Shown here: positions 1-8,768 of the stretch, one piece after another
How positions within the stretch are numbered: position 1 is the stretch's first letter
How the letters are laid out: each line of letters starts with the position of its first letter
Origin: Nitrospinales bacterium
Lineage (GTDB): Bacteria; Nitrospinota; Nitrospinia; Nitrospinales; VA-1
Assembly: GCA_965223795.1 (NCBI GenBank)
Contig: CBDCXL010000002.1
Span: forward strand, 1,440,001-1,504,000
Length of the DNA stretch: 64,000 bases
Reading direction: 5' to 3'
Translations under genes and position numbers: made by a program
The notes under the pieces: model-generated
Seen by the model: the letters and a program-made list of their open reading frames with translations, nothing else
Told to the model about the DNA's origin: nothing
The model's database searches: none

Positions 1-90
1 TGCAACCACCGGTTCGCGGTCCGCTACAGCATTCGCAATGGCAAGGTCGCTGAATTCAAGGCGCAGCAGGCCTATTCCGCGCTGGCCTGA
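1..90 (+). CDS. 3' end of a CDS truncated by the window edge (CNHRFAVRYSIRNGKVAEFKAQQAYSALA*)
   Basis: Frame 1 is open from base 1 to TGA at 88-90, with GC3-rich codons. No family recognised. Confidence 0.45.
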   Translation, partial: CNHRFAVRYSIRNGKVAEFKAQQAYSALA

Positions 91-495
91 ACTCTGCTCA
101 CGATTTATTATAACCATTTCCGCGCTCCCGCTGCGGGGACTGCGTTGCCATTTCGGACTCATGAATGTCGTCCGAGAACAGGCGGAACCAGTCTCGTTCC
201 GGCGGAGGGCCCGCATGCAAATGCTTCGCCTACTGTTGGCGCGTTCGCCGGCACTTCGTCATTCCGGCTTTTTGGGCCCGTGCCCTGCAATCCCCTGATC
301 CGCAATCCCTTCCTTCTAATTTTTTACTGCCTATCCGGCGCACATCTGGAATAATATAAACTTGTTCCTGCCCGCACCCCAATCGCGTTGAATCCTGTTC
401 CGAATGAACAGGTTCTGCCGGTGCGTCCGCTGCCTGTGGACGGACGGCCTGTTTCCATACATCCATCTGTTGCTGTTTTGAAGCGAGCGTGTTTT

Positions 496-2208
496 ATGAG
501 ATGTCTGCAACCGGTTTGGCTGCTGCTGGTGGCGCTGGGCGTTTTGTCCGGCTGCGGGGCCGGAACTTTCGGGGGAACCTGGGGAGACATCCTTGCGCCT
601 TCGGGCCAACAAACCCAAGCTGCTGCCACGGGCGGGACTTCCTCAGCCACGACGCCCCTTGAAGCGGACGGCGTCCGCCGGTTGCCGCAGCCTTCCCTGG
701 CAAAAATTTATGGCGTGAAAAACCGCGAGCGCGGCGTCCTTCCTCTCGCGCTCAGCAACGCCCAGAACGGGTATGCGGTTTCGGCCTGCGACCTCAACGG
801 CGACCAAGTGGACGACATCGTGGTGGGCGCGCCCGATTCGGAAGGCATCCTGCCTGAAACCACGCGATCGGGCTGGGTGTATGTCGTGTCCGGCGGCTCC
901 TCGCTGCCATCGCGGCTGGACCTTGCAACCCAAGCGGACGCGGGCTTCTGGGCGGGCCGCAAATCGGGGGTCAACCGGCTGGGACAGTCGCTCGCGTGTG
1001 CCGACTTCAACGGCGACGGCACCCTGGACCTCGCCATCGGCGCGCCGTTGTCGCGCAGCCGTCCGTTCAACCGGCTGCATTCCGGAACCGTGTATCTCGT
1101 CTTCGGGCGCACAAATTTCAAGCAGACCGTCGATGTGTCGAAACAGGCGGACGTGGTGATCGCGGGAGCGGAAGAAGGGGACCGCGCGGGATCGGCGCTG
1201 GCGGCGGGCGATGTGAACGGCGACGGCATTGCTGATCTGATCATCGGCGCGCCCGGAGCGTACGGCTACCAGAACCAGCAGCCGGGAGCCGGAGAAACGT
1301 ATGTGATTCTGGGCCGCCCGCGTTTTCCCAAAGGGATCGACCTGTTCAAGAACTGGAACAGCCGCATCTTCGGCATCGACGGGTCGGATTTTGAGTTTTC
1401 CCTCAAGCAGAACCCGCCCGACCAGAGCGGCTATGCAGTCGGCTCGGGCGACGTGAACCGGGATGGTCTGGACGACGTCCTCATCGGCGCGCCCTTTGGC
1501 GACGGTTTTTTGAACGAGCATCCGGAAGCCGGGGAAGCGTATGTGATTTACGGCAGAAAACAACTGCCGAAAAACCTTCATCTCGCCCGGCACGCGGACA
1601 TCACCCTGTTCGGAGCCAACGCCGGCGACCACACCGGGTCGGTCTTTCAAGTGGGGCGGCTGACCAAGAACGGCGGCGATCTTTTGACCGGAGCGCCGGG
1701 GGCGGTGCGCCGATCGCGTTCCAAAGCAAGCAGGGGGATCTGGCACGTGCTCAAAGGACGCAGCGGGCACAGCAAGACCTACCACCTGAAACCGGATGCG
1801 GCGCACCGGCTTGTCTCGCATGCGGACTGCGGCAGGCCGGAGCGGCTGCAAACCGCTCCCCTGTCCTACGGACTGGGGCATTCGGGCGTGCTGCTGGACT
1901 GGAACCGGGACGGGCGCGACGACCTGATCGCAGGCGTTCCCTGTGCGTCCGGTCCCGGGAAGAAGAACCACTCTGGCGAGATCGTGTTTTTCGAAGGCCG
2001 ACCGGACAAGAAGCGTTCCGCCCCTGCCGCCGCCTATCAACCGCAGGGGGTGCTGGCGGATGAATATTTCGGTTACGCTCTGGCCGTGGGCGACGTCAAC
2101 GGCAACGGCAAAAGCGACCTTTTGATCGGGGCCCCCGGCCTGACACGCGGCAAAAAGGGCGCGCAAAGCGGCGGCGTGTATATTCTCAAAGACCTCACCG
2201 GCCCCTGA
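496..2208 (+). CDS. FG-GAP repeat (integrin alpha-like beta-propeller) lipoprotein
   Basis: Seven D-x-N-x-D-G...GAP-type repeats (DLNGDQVDDIVVGAP, DFNGDGTLDLAIGAP, DVNGDGIADLIIGAP, DVNRDGLDDVLIGAP, a degenerate fifth, DWNRDGRDDLIAGVP, DVNGNGKSDLLIGAP). ATG at 496 gives a signal peptide with lipobox LSGC; the ORF is open from 388. Confidence 0.9.
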   Translation: MRCLQPVWLLLVALGVLSGCGAGTFGGTWGDILAPSGQQTQAAATGGTSSATTPLEADGVRRLPQPSLAKIYGVKNRERGVLPLALSNAQNGYAVSACDLNGDQVDDIVVGAPDSEGILPETTRSGWVYVVSGGSSLPSRLDLATQADAGFWAGRKSGVNRLGQSLACADFNGDGTLDLAIGAPLSRSRPFNRLHSGTVYLVFGRTNFKQTVDVSKQADVVIAGAEEGDRAGSALAAGDVNGDGIADLIIGAPGAYGYQNQQPGAGETYVILGRPRFPKGIDLFKNWNSRIFGIDGSDFEFSLKQNPPDQSGYAVGSGDVNRDGLDDVLIGAPFGDGFLNEHPEAGEAYVIYGRKQLPKNLHLARHADITLFGANAGDHTGSVFQVGRLTKNGGDLLTGAPGAVRRSRSKASRGIWHVLKGRSGHSKTYHLKPDAAHRLVSHADCGRPERLQTAPLSYGLGHSGVLLDWNRDGRDDLIAGVPCASGPGKKNHSGEIVFFEGRPDKKRSAPAAAYQPQGVLADEYFGYALAVGDVNGNGKSDLLIGAPGLTRGKKGAQSGGVYILKDLTGP

Positions 2209-2227
2209 GGCACCGGCTCCATCTGAT

Positions 2228-2256
2228 AAAAGGCCCCGCATTGAGCGGGGCCTTCA
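2228..2256. terminator. Intrinsic terminator-like hairpin between convergent genes
   Basis: Stem AAGGCCCCGC (2230-2239) / GCGGGGCCTT (2245-2254), 5-nt loop. An A-run on the left gives a U-tract on the minus strand. Confidence 0.75.
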
Positions 2257-2276
2257 ATCGTATTCCCGCGATAACG

Positions 2277-3512
2277 CTAGAACCCGAAGCGGGCGTTCAA
2301 GCGGATCGACTCGGAATTTTCATCCCTCGCGTTGGCGAGATTGCCGCCCGCGTTGCTTTTGAAATTCACGTATTCCAGGTTCAGCTTCACGTTCGGCACC
2401 GGGTGGTACTGCATGGAAAGCACCCACTGGTTCTCAAAGGCGGCGCTGTCGTGGGTGTCGTGCCAGTCGTAGCGAGCCAGAGCCAGCAGCTTCTCGGTGA
2501 GCATGTAAGTCCCTTCGACGGTGCCGCTGGTGGCCTCGTACGTGTCGGAAGTCCTGCCGGGTTCGGCGAAATTGAGAAATTCCCCGCCCCAGAAATAGTA
2601 GGCGCCCGTGACGACATTCAGCTTGTCCTGAAAAAACGAAAACTGGATGTTGCCGCCGAGGGTGTAGGTGTTGTTGGTGTCGTCCGGCGCCGCGAGGGCG
2701 TCGGCGGGAGACAGGTTGTCGTCCGCATCGCCGACGTTGTCGCCGCGGAATAAAAACGACGCGGTGTGCTCGAAAAAATCCTGATTGAGGATCAGGTAGT
2801 ACATCTGGCCGAAACTGTCCTCGGCGCCGCTGCGGTTGTCGTTGCCGATCCCCAGTGCGTAGCGGAATCCCTGTTCGATGAACTGGCCGTTGAGCTCCAC
2901 GCCCGCGTTGGTGAAGGTCACGTTGTCGTCGCGGGCGCCGGAATCGGCAGCAGCGGAGCCGGAAGCCATGCCGGCGGCGGATGTCTGGATCAGGTAGGTG
3001 CTCTCGGTCAGGCGGCGGGGGTTGGACAGGTAGTAGTTGTCCACGTTGAAGTCGCCGAATTTGACGTTGAGCGCGCTGTCGGGCAGGATGTCGTCGAACT
3101 GGATGAGCGGCGCGTTGGCGTCGGTGAGGGCGTCGATGAAATAGGAGATCCGGGGCCCCAGCGTGCCGCCGCTGAACAACTCGACGCCGCCGTCCACCAG
3201 TTCGCTGCTCTGTGTTTTTTCTCCGGCGCTGTCGGTGCGCGTGAACACGGCCCCCACCCGGGCGATCGCCGCCAGCGGAATGATCTTGCTGTTCCACAGG
3301 TAATCGCCCACCTCGCCGGGCATGCGGTAGCCGCGGTTCTTGAACTGGATTCCGGTCTTGTTCAGCTTGGGAAACTGAACGTGGCAGGTGCGGCAGTTGA
3401 TGCCGTATTTTCTGGCAAATGCCGGTATGGCTTCGGATGCTTCGGGAACGACCCAGCCCGCTGCCAGAAGGGCGAGCGCCACCCCCCAGATGATCCCATT
3501 CCTTGTTTTCAT
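2277..3512 (-). CDS. Cyc2-like fused monoheme cytochrome c / outer-membrane beta-barrel protein
   Basis: Signal peptide, then AIPAFARKY-GIN-CRTCH-VQFPKLN (single CxxCH with the AxPxFAR[QK][TY] and PxL flanks of the Cyc2 family). The rest has alternating beta-strands and a C-terminal Phe (ARFGF). AAGGA RBS before ATG 3512. Confidence 0.8.
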   Translation of the reverse strand: MKTRNGIIWGVALALLAAGWVVPEASEAIPAFARKYGINCRTCHVQFPKLNKTGIQFKNRGYRMPGEVGDYLWNSKIIPLAAIARVGAVFTRTDSAGEKTQSSELVDGGVELFSGGTLGPRISYFIDALTDANAPLIQFDDILPDSALNVKFGDFNVDNYYLSNPRRLTESTYLIQTSAAGMASGSAAADSGARDDNVTFTNAGVELNGQFIEQGFRYALGIGNDNRSGAEDSFGQMYYLILNQDFFEHTASFLFRGDNVGDADDNLSPADALAAPDDTNNTYTLGGNIQFSFFQDKLNVVTGAYYFWGGEFLNFAEPGRTSDTYEATSGTVEGTYMLTEKLLALARYDWHDTHDSAAFENQWVLSMQYHPVPNVKLNLEYVNFKSNAGGNLANARDENSESIRLNARFGF

Positions 3513-3586
3513 GATCTCGTCCTTTCCTTGCATTTCCACGATTCACCCAATGGGCCCGTTTGCCCCTCCGGCACGCCCACTTAATT

Positions 3587-3605
3587 GAAAATGAAAATGA
3601 TAATC
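3587..3605. promoter_or_regulatory. Fur-box-like site upstream of the Cyc2-like gene
   Basis: GAAAATGAAAATGATAATC matches 15/19 of GATAATGATAATCATTATC, about 75 nt upstream of the start codon. Confidence 0.55.
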
Positions 3606-3933
3606 AAAGTTTAGTTAAATACAAGTAAAAAAAGGCGAACAGATCCCCCCACACCTCGGGGATCACATATAAATAATTGAATTTAAGTGATATGTAAAAA
3701 TGAGGTCAAAGCTATCGCTGAATGGCGGTCAGCCTTGAAATTCTCAAAATATGGCGAGAATGAGGAATTCACGCTTCTGTGGGCCGTTCTCCGGGGATGT
3801 GGCGATCCGGTACGAGTTGTATGCACGGGTTCGGGACCAATGCCGGAGTTTCGCAATAAATGATTCCACCGCGACAGAATCGGTTAGAATCGTTCCCCTG
3901 TTTGTCCGTATGCATTCAACCTCACAGGAAAAA

Positions 3934-4746
3934 ATGTCGAAGAGGAACCTGCCGGTGCCGCCGGAGCGGCAGTCCTGGCCGCTGCCGCAAAAAGACTATT
4001 GGTCCACGCCGTTTGCCGAGGTGTTGATGGAGCAGCTGGATCTGTTCTCCGGCGCTTCGGTGCTGGACATCGCTTCGGGCGGCGGCATCCCGGCGTTTCA
4101 CATCGCCGAGCAGGTGGGCCCCACGGGATCGGTGCTGGCTGTCGACCTGCATCCGGCGCAAATCGGCCGGGCGCGGGCGGTGCAGGGAACGCGGCTGCCC
4201 TGGCTGAAGTTCGAGCTGGGCGACATGCGCGCGCTGCCTCAAGACCTGGGGCTCTTCGACCGCATCACGGGCAACATCGCCTTCATGTTTTTCCGGCCCG
4301 ACCGGCCGGCGGCGCTCGCCAGTCTGGTGCGTTTTCTGAAACCGGGCGGCCAGATGGTGCTGACCTTTCCCTCGCTCGGCACGTTCGATTCCCTGTGGCA
4401 GCGGATCGACCGGGAAATGCAGGCGCACGGGCTGACAACGGAACGCGGGAAGCTTGCGGAGTACCGCATCGAGCGGCCGTCGGCGATCGATGCGAAACGC
4501 TGGTGCGAAGAACTGGGAATGCAGCGGGTCCAGGCGGTGGAGCGGCCGCTGGAAATCAGGACCGGGCCGGGCAGGGAATTTCTGTTTCATCCGCTGCTTC
4601 GGGGCGGGTTTCTGGAGGATGCGTACGAATGCTTCACGGACCCCGGACTCGCCGACACGGTGATGGATGCGGTGGCCCAGGATCTGCAAAGCTTCACGCC
4701 GCTTCTGGCGCTCCGCTGTGCGCTCGTCGCCTGGCAGCCCGCCTGA
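3934..4746 (+). CDS. Class I SAM-dependent methyltransferase
   Basis: Motif I VLDIASGGG, LAVDL, FDRIT, LKPGG. The start at 3934 follows a CAGGA RBS; the ORF is open from 3751. Confidence 0.85.
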   Translation: MSKRNLPVPPERQSWPLPQKDYWSTPFAEVLMEQLDLFSGASVLDIASGGGIPAFHIAEQVGPTGSVLAVDLHPAQIGRARAVQGTRLPWLKFELGDMRALPQDLGLFDRITGNIAFMFFRPDRPAALASLVRFLKPGGQMVLTFPSLGTFDSLWQRIDREMQAHGLTTERGKLAEYRIERPSAIDAKRWCEELGMQRVQAVERPLEIRTGPGREFLFHPLLRGGFLEDAYECFTDPGLADTVMDAVAQDLQSFTPLLALRCALVAWQPA

Positions 4747-4819
4747 CTGCTGACTAGGGAGTGATGGGCGGCCGGCAGAACCGCAACGCCCTCTTTGGCG
4801 TCAACTTCCAACAACCCTC

Positions 4820-5542
4820 ATGCAATCTGACATGAACGAAACGATCGTGCATGCCGGCTGCCGGGTGTGCGGCACGGCTTCGGGCCTGTTCTACCAGAAC
4901 GAGCGCCGGTTTTTCCGCTGCCCGGAATGCCGGCTGATCTTCACGGTCGATGCGGTGGATAAAAGCCTGGAAGAAGCGCATTACAAAAAGCAATGGGCCG
5001 AGACCGATCCGGGTTTCTGGAAAAGCCAGGTGGATGTGCTGCTCAAGATCATCGCCTTGTACCGCACGCCGGAGCGTCTGCTGGATTTCGGTTCCGGTTC
5101 GGGGGAAATGACGAAGGAGCTGGAACGGCGGGGGGTCTCAGCGACGCCGCTGGAGCCGATGATCCACGGCTATTTGAAGGATCAGCGATTTTCCTGTACC
5201 TTCGACGTGGTGGTGGCGGTGGAAGTGATCGAGCACCTGCCCAATCTCTGGGAGGAGTTGAACGCGATCGAAAACGTGCTGGCCACGGGCGGCATCGTGA
5301 TTTTTTCGACGCTGTTGACCAACTCATTCGTCGACGCTCCCGACGCCGCACGGCAGTTTGCGGACTGGTGGTACAAGGACGACCCCACGCACGTCAGCTT
5401 CTTCTGCAACCGGACACTGGGAAAATTAGCCGACATGGGCAAATTCGATATCGACGTCTACGGCGACAAGGTGTTCGTGCTGAAACGCCTGCCGGACACC
5501 GTCGATGCTTTCTGTTCTCCTTCACCTGCCGGGATGATCTGA
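4820..5542 (+). CDS. Class I SAM-dependent methyltransferase with N-terminal zinc-binding motif
   Basis: CRVC...CPEC, LLDFGSGSG, FDVVVAVEVIEH, WWYKDDPTHVSFF. Confidence 0.85.
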   Translation: MQSDMNETIVHAGCRVCGTASGLFYQNERRFFRCPECRLIFTVDAVDKSLEEAHYKKQWAETDPGFWKSQVDVLLKIIALYRTPERLLDFGSGSGEMTKELERRGVSATPLEPMIHGYLKDQRFSCTFDVVVAVEVIEHLPNLWEELNAIENVLATGGIVIFSTLLTNSFVDAPDAARQFADWWYKDDPTHVSFFCNRTLGKLADMGKFDIDVYGDKVFVLKRLPDTVDAFCSPSPAGMI

Positions 5543-5546
5543 ACTT

Positions 5547-6554
5547 ATGAGAATCTTTGAAGTGTTTGCCGACGACAGTTACCTGGACGCCATCCACAAG
5601 GTGGCGACAAAACTCGAAGCCGCGGATTACTGGGTGGGGCAGCAGGGCGTGGACGGCCGCCGCGTGGTGCGCTTTCTGGTGAAGCCCGACTTCAGGCAGG
5701 AAACGCTGGATTCGCTGCAGGCCATCCTGGGACACAGCGAATCGGCCCGCATCAACGTGATCCCGCTGGAGGTGACGCTTCCACGCGAAGAGAAGGAAGA
5801 GAAAAAAACCAAAGAGGAAAAAAAGGACAAAAAGGACTCGATCGCCACCACGCGCGAGGAGATGTACAACAATGTCGAAAAAAGCGCCCGCCTGGACGAC
5901 AATTTCCTGCTGCTGGTTTTTTTCTCGACGGTGGTGGTCGCCATCGGGCTGCTGGAAGACAACGTGGCGGTGGTGATCGGCGCGATGGTGATCGCGCCGC
6001 TGTTGGGCCCCAACATCGCATTGGCGCTGGGAACGGCGCTGGGCGACACCAACCTGATGTGGAAGGCGCTCAAGACCACGCTGGCGGGTCTGACCGTCGC
6101 GCTGGGCATCACGTTTTTCATCGGCATGGTGTGGCCGCTGAACGTGGAAAGCGAAGAGCTTTTGGCGCGCACGCGGGTGGGGCTCGACTCGGCGGCGCTG
6201 GCGTTCGCCTCAGGCGCCGCGGGCGTGCTCGCCCTCACCACCGGGCTGCCCAGCGTGCTGGTGGGCGTGATGGTGGCGGTCGCGCTGTTGCCGCCGACGG
6301 CAACGCTGGGCCTGTTTCTCGGCGCGGGCGATCTCGATCTCGCTTACCGCGCAGGCCTGCTTTTGGCAATCAACATCGTATCGGTGAATCTGGCGGCCAA
6401 GATCACCTTTCTCATGAAAGGGGTGAAGCCGCGGACCTGGCTTGAGAAAGAAAAAGCACGCCAGTCCATGTCGCTGTACCTTCTTTTCTGGCTGATCTCT
6501 CTGGCTGTTCTTTTGGCCGCGATTTATTTTCTGCGCGAAATCCCCAGCGTCTAA
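5547..6554 (+). CDS. TIGR00341 / DUF389-type membrane protein
   Basis: AVVIGAMVIAPLLGP and LVGVMVAVALLPP signatures, multiple TM segments. Confidence 0.85.
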   Translation: MRIFEVFADDSYLDAIHKVATKLEAADYWVGQQGVDGRRVVRFLVKPDFRQETLDSLQAILGHSESARINVIPLEVTLPREEKEEKKTKEEKKDKKDSIATTREEMYNNVEKSARLDDNFLLLVFFSTVVVAIGLLEDNVAVVIGAMVIAPLLGPNIALALGTALGDTNLMWKALKTTLAGLTVALGITFFIGMVWPLNVESEELLARTRVGLDSAALAFASGAAGVLALTTGLPSVLVGVMVAVALLPPTATLGLFLGAGDLDLAYRAGLLLAINIVSVNLAAKITFLMKGVKPRTWLEKEKARQSMSLYLLFWLISLAVLLAAIYFLREIPSV

Positions 6555-6908
6555 ACGGTTCGCCTTTCCGAACGCAGATCCCGCATTCCGCTTCGCTTTG
6601 TTACCCGGATTTTGCTCACATCACTCCCGCACTTCTGAAAAACCGCCGCTTGTGTCTCGCCCCTTGCACCCGCTGATTCGGGGAGTCGATTTTTTTTAAA
6701 TATGATTATCGAGTGGACGAATTTTGCCTTTTTTGAATATGACCGATCCCGGCTCCGCCTGTTCTGACGCGGTTTTTCGGGCATCGGATATCAAAAACGG
6801 AGTTTGATTTTTTAACAATGTTTCGTTAACTTAAACAAAAAACAGGCAAGTTCCAGGGAATTTTCACACTCCCTGTTATTTATAAACATTTCATCGAGGG
6901 GGCATATC

Positions 6909-7346
6909 ATGCAGGCAGCCCGAAAAACGGTTGCGGAGATTCACTCCGTTCTGGACAGGTTTCGCATGGGATACGGCAAGAAAGACCTTCGCATTTTATT
7001 GAACCTGTTCGCACCGGATCCGGATGTGACCATCATCGGAACGGGAGAAGATGAAAAACGCACCGGTCTCGACGAAATCAAACGGCAGTTCGAACGGGAT
7101 TTTTTCCAGTCCGATGAATTGAACGTGCGGTTTGAGAATATTTCCGTCTCGCAGCTGGGCTCGGTGTGCTGGGTTGCGGGAGACACGCATGTGGAGTACA
7201 CCTCACAGGGACAGGCCATGCAGGCTTATGTGCGCTTCACGGCGGTGCTGGAAAACCGCAATGGCAAATGGCTGTTCGTGCAGACGCATTTTTCGGTGCC
7301 GTTCGCGGAGCAGGTGGAAAACGGTTCGCTTTCCCAAAACGCCTGA
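6909..7346 (+). CDS. NTF2/SnoaL-like domain protein
   Basis: LFAPDPDVTIIGTG...G-DEI, RFTAVLENRNGKWLFVQTHFS. RBS GAGGGG. Confidence 0.8.
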   Translation: MQAARKTVAEIHSVLDRFRMGYGKKDLRILLNLFAPDPDVTIIGTGEDEKRTGLDEIKRQFERDFFQSDELNVRFENISVSQLGSVCWVAGDTHVEYTSQGQAMQAYVRFTAVLENRNGKWLFVQTHFSVPFAEQVENGSLSQNA

Positions 7347-7487
7347 GCGGGCGTTTTTTAGGATATAGCCTCATCCTTCGCCGGAGCGAAGGCAAACGCG
7401 GATTCCGGGCAGCCGGTGTGGAACGGTTGTCCGCGCCGGATGGAGTGCGGTTTTCGTTTGCCCGATGGATGATCGCCGCTTGCGGAT

Positions 7488-7524
7488 AAAAAAAAGCCCC
7501 GCTTTTTTCAAAGCGGGGCTTTTC
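7488..7524. terminator. Bidirectional intrinsic terminator
   Basis: A-run, AAAAGCCCCGCTTT stem paired with AAAGCGGGGCTTTT. Confidence 0.85.
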
Positions 7525-7527
7525 TGT

Positions 7528-7660
7528 AAAAAGGAGCTTCCAGACGACTAAATGCTGTCTCCGGAAGCTCCCCTTATACTCTGACTAGACAAGGGATCAC
7601 CTCCTTTCATCCAGGGGGTGAACCTCCGCGGCAAAGCCTCCCCTGGCGACCCAGCGCGGT
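7528..7660 (-). other. Structured intergenic element with an extended Shine-Dalgarno sequence and a small ORF (7592-7548, MSSQSIRGASGDSI)
   Basis: The minus strand reads CCAGGGG...CCCCTGG hairpin, GAAAGGAGGTGATCC, TTG-started 14-codon ORF, then a GGAGCTTCC...GGAAGCTCC hairpin plus U-tract. Confidence 0.5.
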
Positions 7661-7724
7661 GCAACGCCTTTACCTTGACCTAAATTTCTCAAAAAGTCAA
7701 CACCCGGAAAGGCGCGTTGCGGGT

Positions 7725-8537
7725 TCATTTTCCCAACAGCCCGCTGACCGCCGAACCGATTTCACCGGCGCCTTTTTCCAGCGCTTTCTGGGCGTCTCCG
7801 CCGGCTTTGCCGATCACCTGTTTCGCCGCATCTCCCGCCGCGCCGCCGACTTTTTCGATGGCTTTGTCCACGCCCAGCGTCTTCACGGCGTCTCCCGTGA
7901 TACCGCCGATGGCGTCGAGGATTTTCCGCGCCACTTCCTCGGGTGAGGCGCCGCCCTTGTCTTTACCGATGTCCTTCAGGTGAACGGTGGGAAGTCCGAC
8001 GCTCATTTTTTTGCCGCCCAGTCCGACCGCGCTGACGTTGACCTTGCCTTCACGGATGTACAGATTCTCGATGATCAGTTTTTTTCCGTTGCCGCCGCCG
8101 GAATCGCCGTCGTCCCCCTTGCCACCCGTTCCGCTGTCGCCGTTGCCGGTGACGTTGCGCTTGAGGGCATCGAGGTTGCTTCCCCCGGCCCCATGCTCAT
8201 AGGTGACCTGCGGGGCGACGATATTGACCTCTTTGATAACCACGGTGTCCTTCGTCAGCGTTCCCATATCGATGTGCACGTTCACCTGGTCCAGCTCGAG
8301 CGCGGATTCGGTCTCGAAGCCGTCGGGATTGCTGACGCGCAATCCGCTCAGGGTGCCCTTGCCGGACCGGGCGGAGAGGTCGGTCTGGTTCAACCGCACA
8401 TCGGCCTTCAGAACTTCGGTGCCGTATTTTTCCACCGCCATGGTGACCAAAGTGTCGAGAGAAATGAATAGGAAAAACACCACGATGCAGGTGAGGGCAA
8501 CCACCATGGCCACGGTTATCAAAATCGTTTTCTTCAT
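7725..8537 (-). CDS. AsmA-like / membrane-anchored periplasmic protein of unknown function
   Basis: N-terminal TM anchor, GL-V-NP-GF, VVIKEVNIVAPQVTYE...SNLDAL and KKLIIENL patterns typical of AsmA-related proteins. Confidence 0.65.
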   Translation of the reverse strand: MKKTILITVAMVVALTCIVVFFLFISLDTLVTMAVEKYGTEVLKADVRLNQTDLSARSGKGTLSGLRVSNPDGFETESALELDQVNVHIDMGTLTKDTVVIKEVNIVAPQVTYEHGAGGSNLDALKRNVTGNGDSGTGGKGDDGDSGGGNGKKLIIENLYIREGKVNVSAVGLGGKKMSVGLPTVHLKDIGKDKGGASPEEVARKILDAIGGITGDAVKTLGVDKAIEKVGGAAGDAAKQVIGKAGGDAQKALEKGAGEIGSAVSGLLGK

Positions 8538-8768
8538 TTTTTATCCTGATTTTTTGAGGTTTAAGTCTCCATTCCCATCATATTCGAAAAAGCGGCAATG
8601 TAGAAGCCTTTTATAATCTGCATGCGGCCGGGTCCCTGTCGGGAATGCGCGGCCGGGAGGAATGAATCTTCGAACGCGCATGCCGTTCTCCTGCGCCACG
8701 AATTTTGCGCGGCCAAACCGGAAACGTGGTACAAAGCGAACTTCAATCCCTATACAGGAAGGACGGTC

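Noticed and set aside
207..279. tRNA gene
   Set aside because: Cloverleaf-like pairing, but no D-loop GG, no TTCRA T-loop geometry and wrong arm lengths.
643..2241. Long antisense and alternate-frame ORFs (e.g. 643-2241, 9850-11199, 23697-25682, 29168-30718, 52471-54540, 57219-58694)
   Set aside because: They are shadows of real genes caused by high GC3 and have no recognisable motifs.
4033..4047. QLDLF clamp-like motif in the methyltransferase
   Set aside because: It falls in the structured helix/loop just before motif I (LxLxxGxxVLD), where such residues are expected. It also shows that a single QLDLF can occur by chance.
7594..7608. 16S rRNA gene 3' end
   Set aside because: Only the 15-nt tail matches. 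The conserved upstream 16S sequence (GTAACAAGG and helix 45) is absent, so this is not an rRNA gene. Treated instead as an extended SD element.
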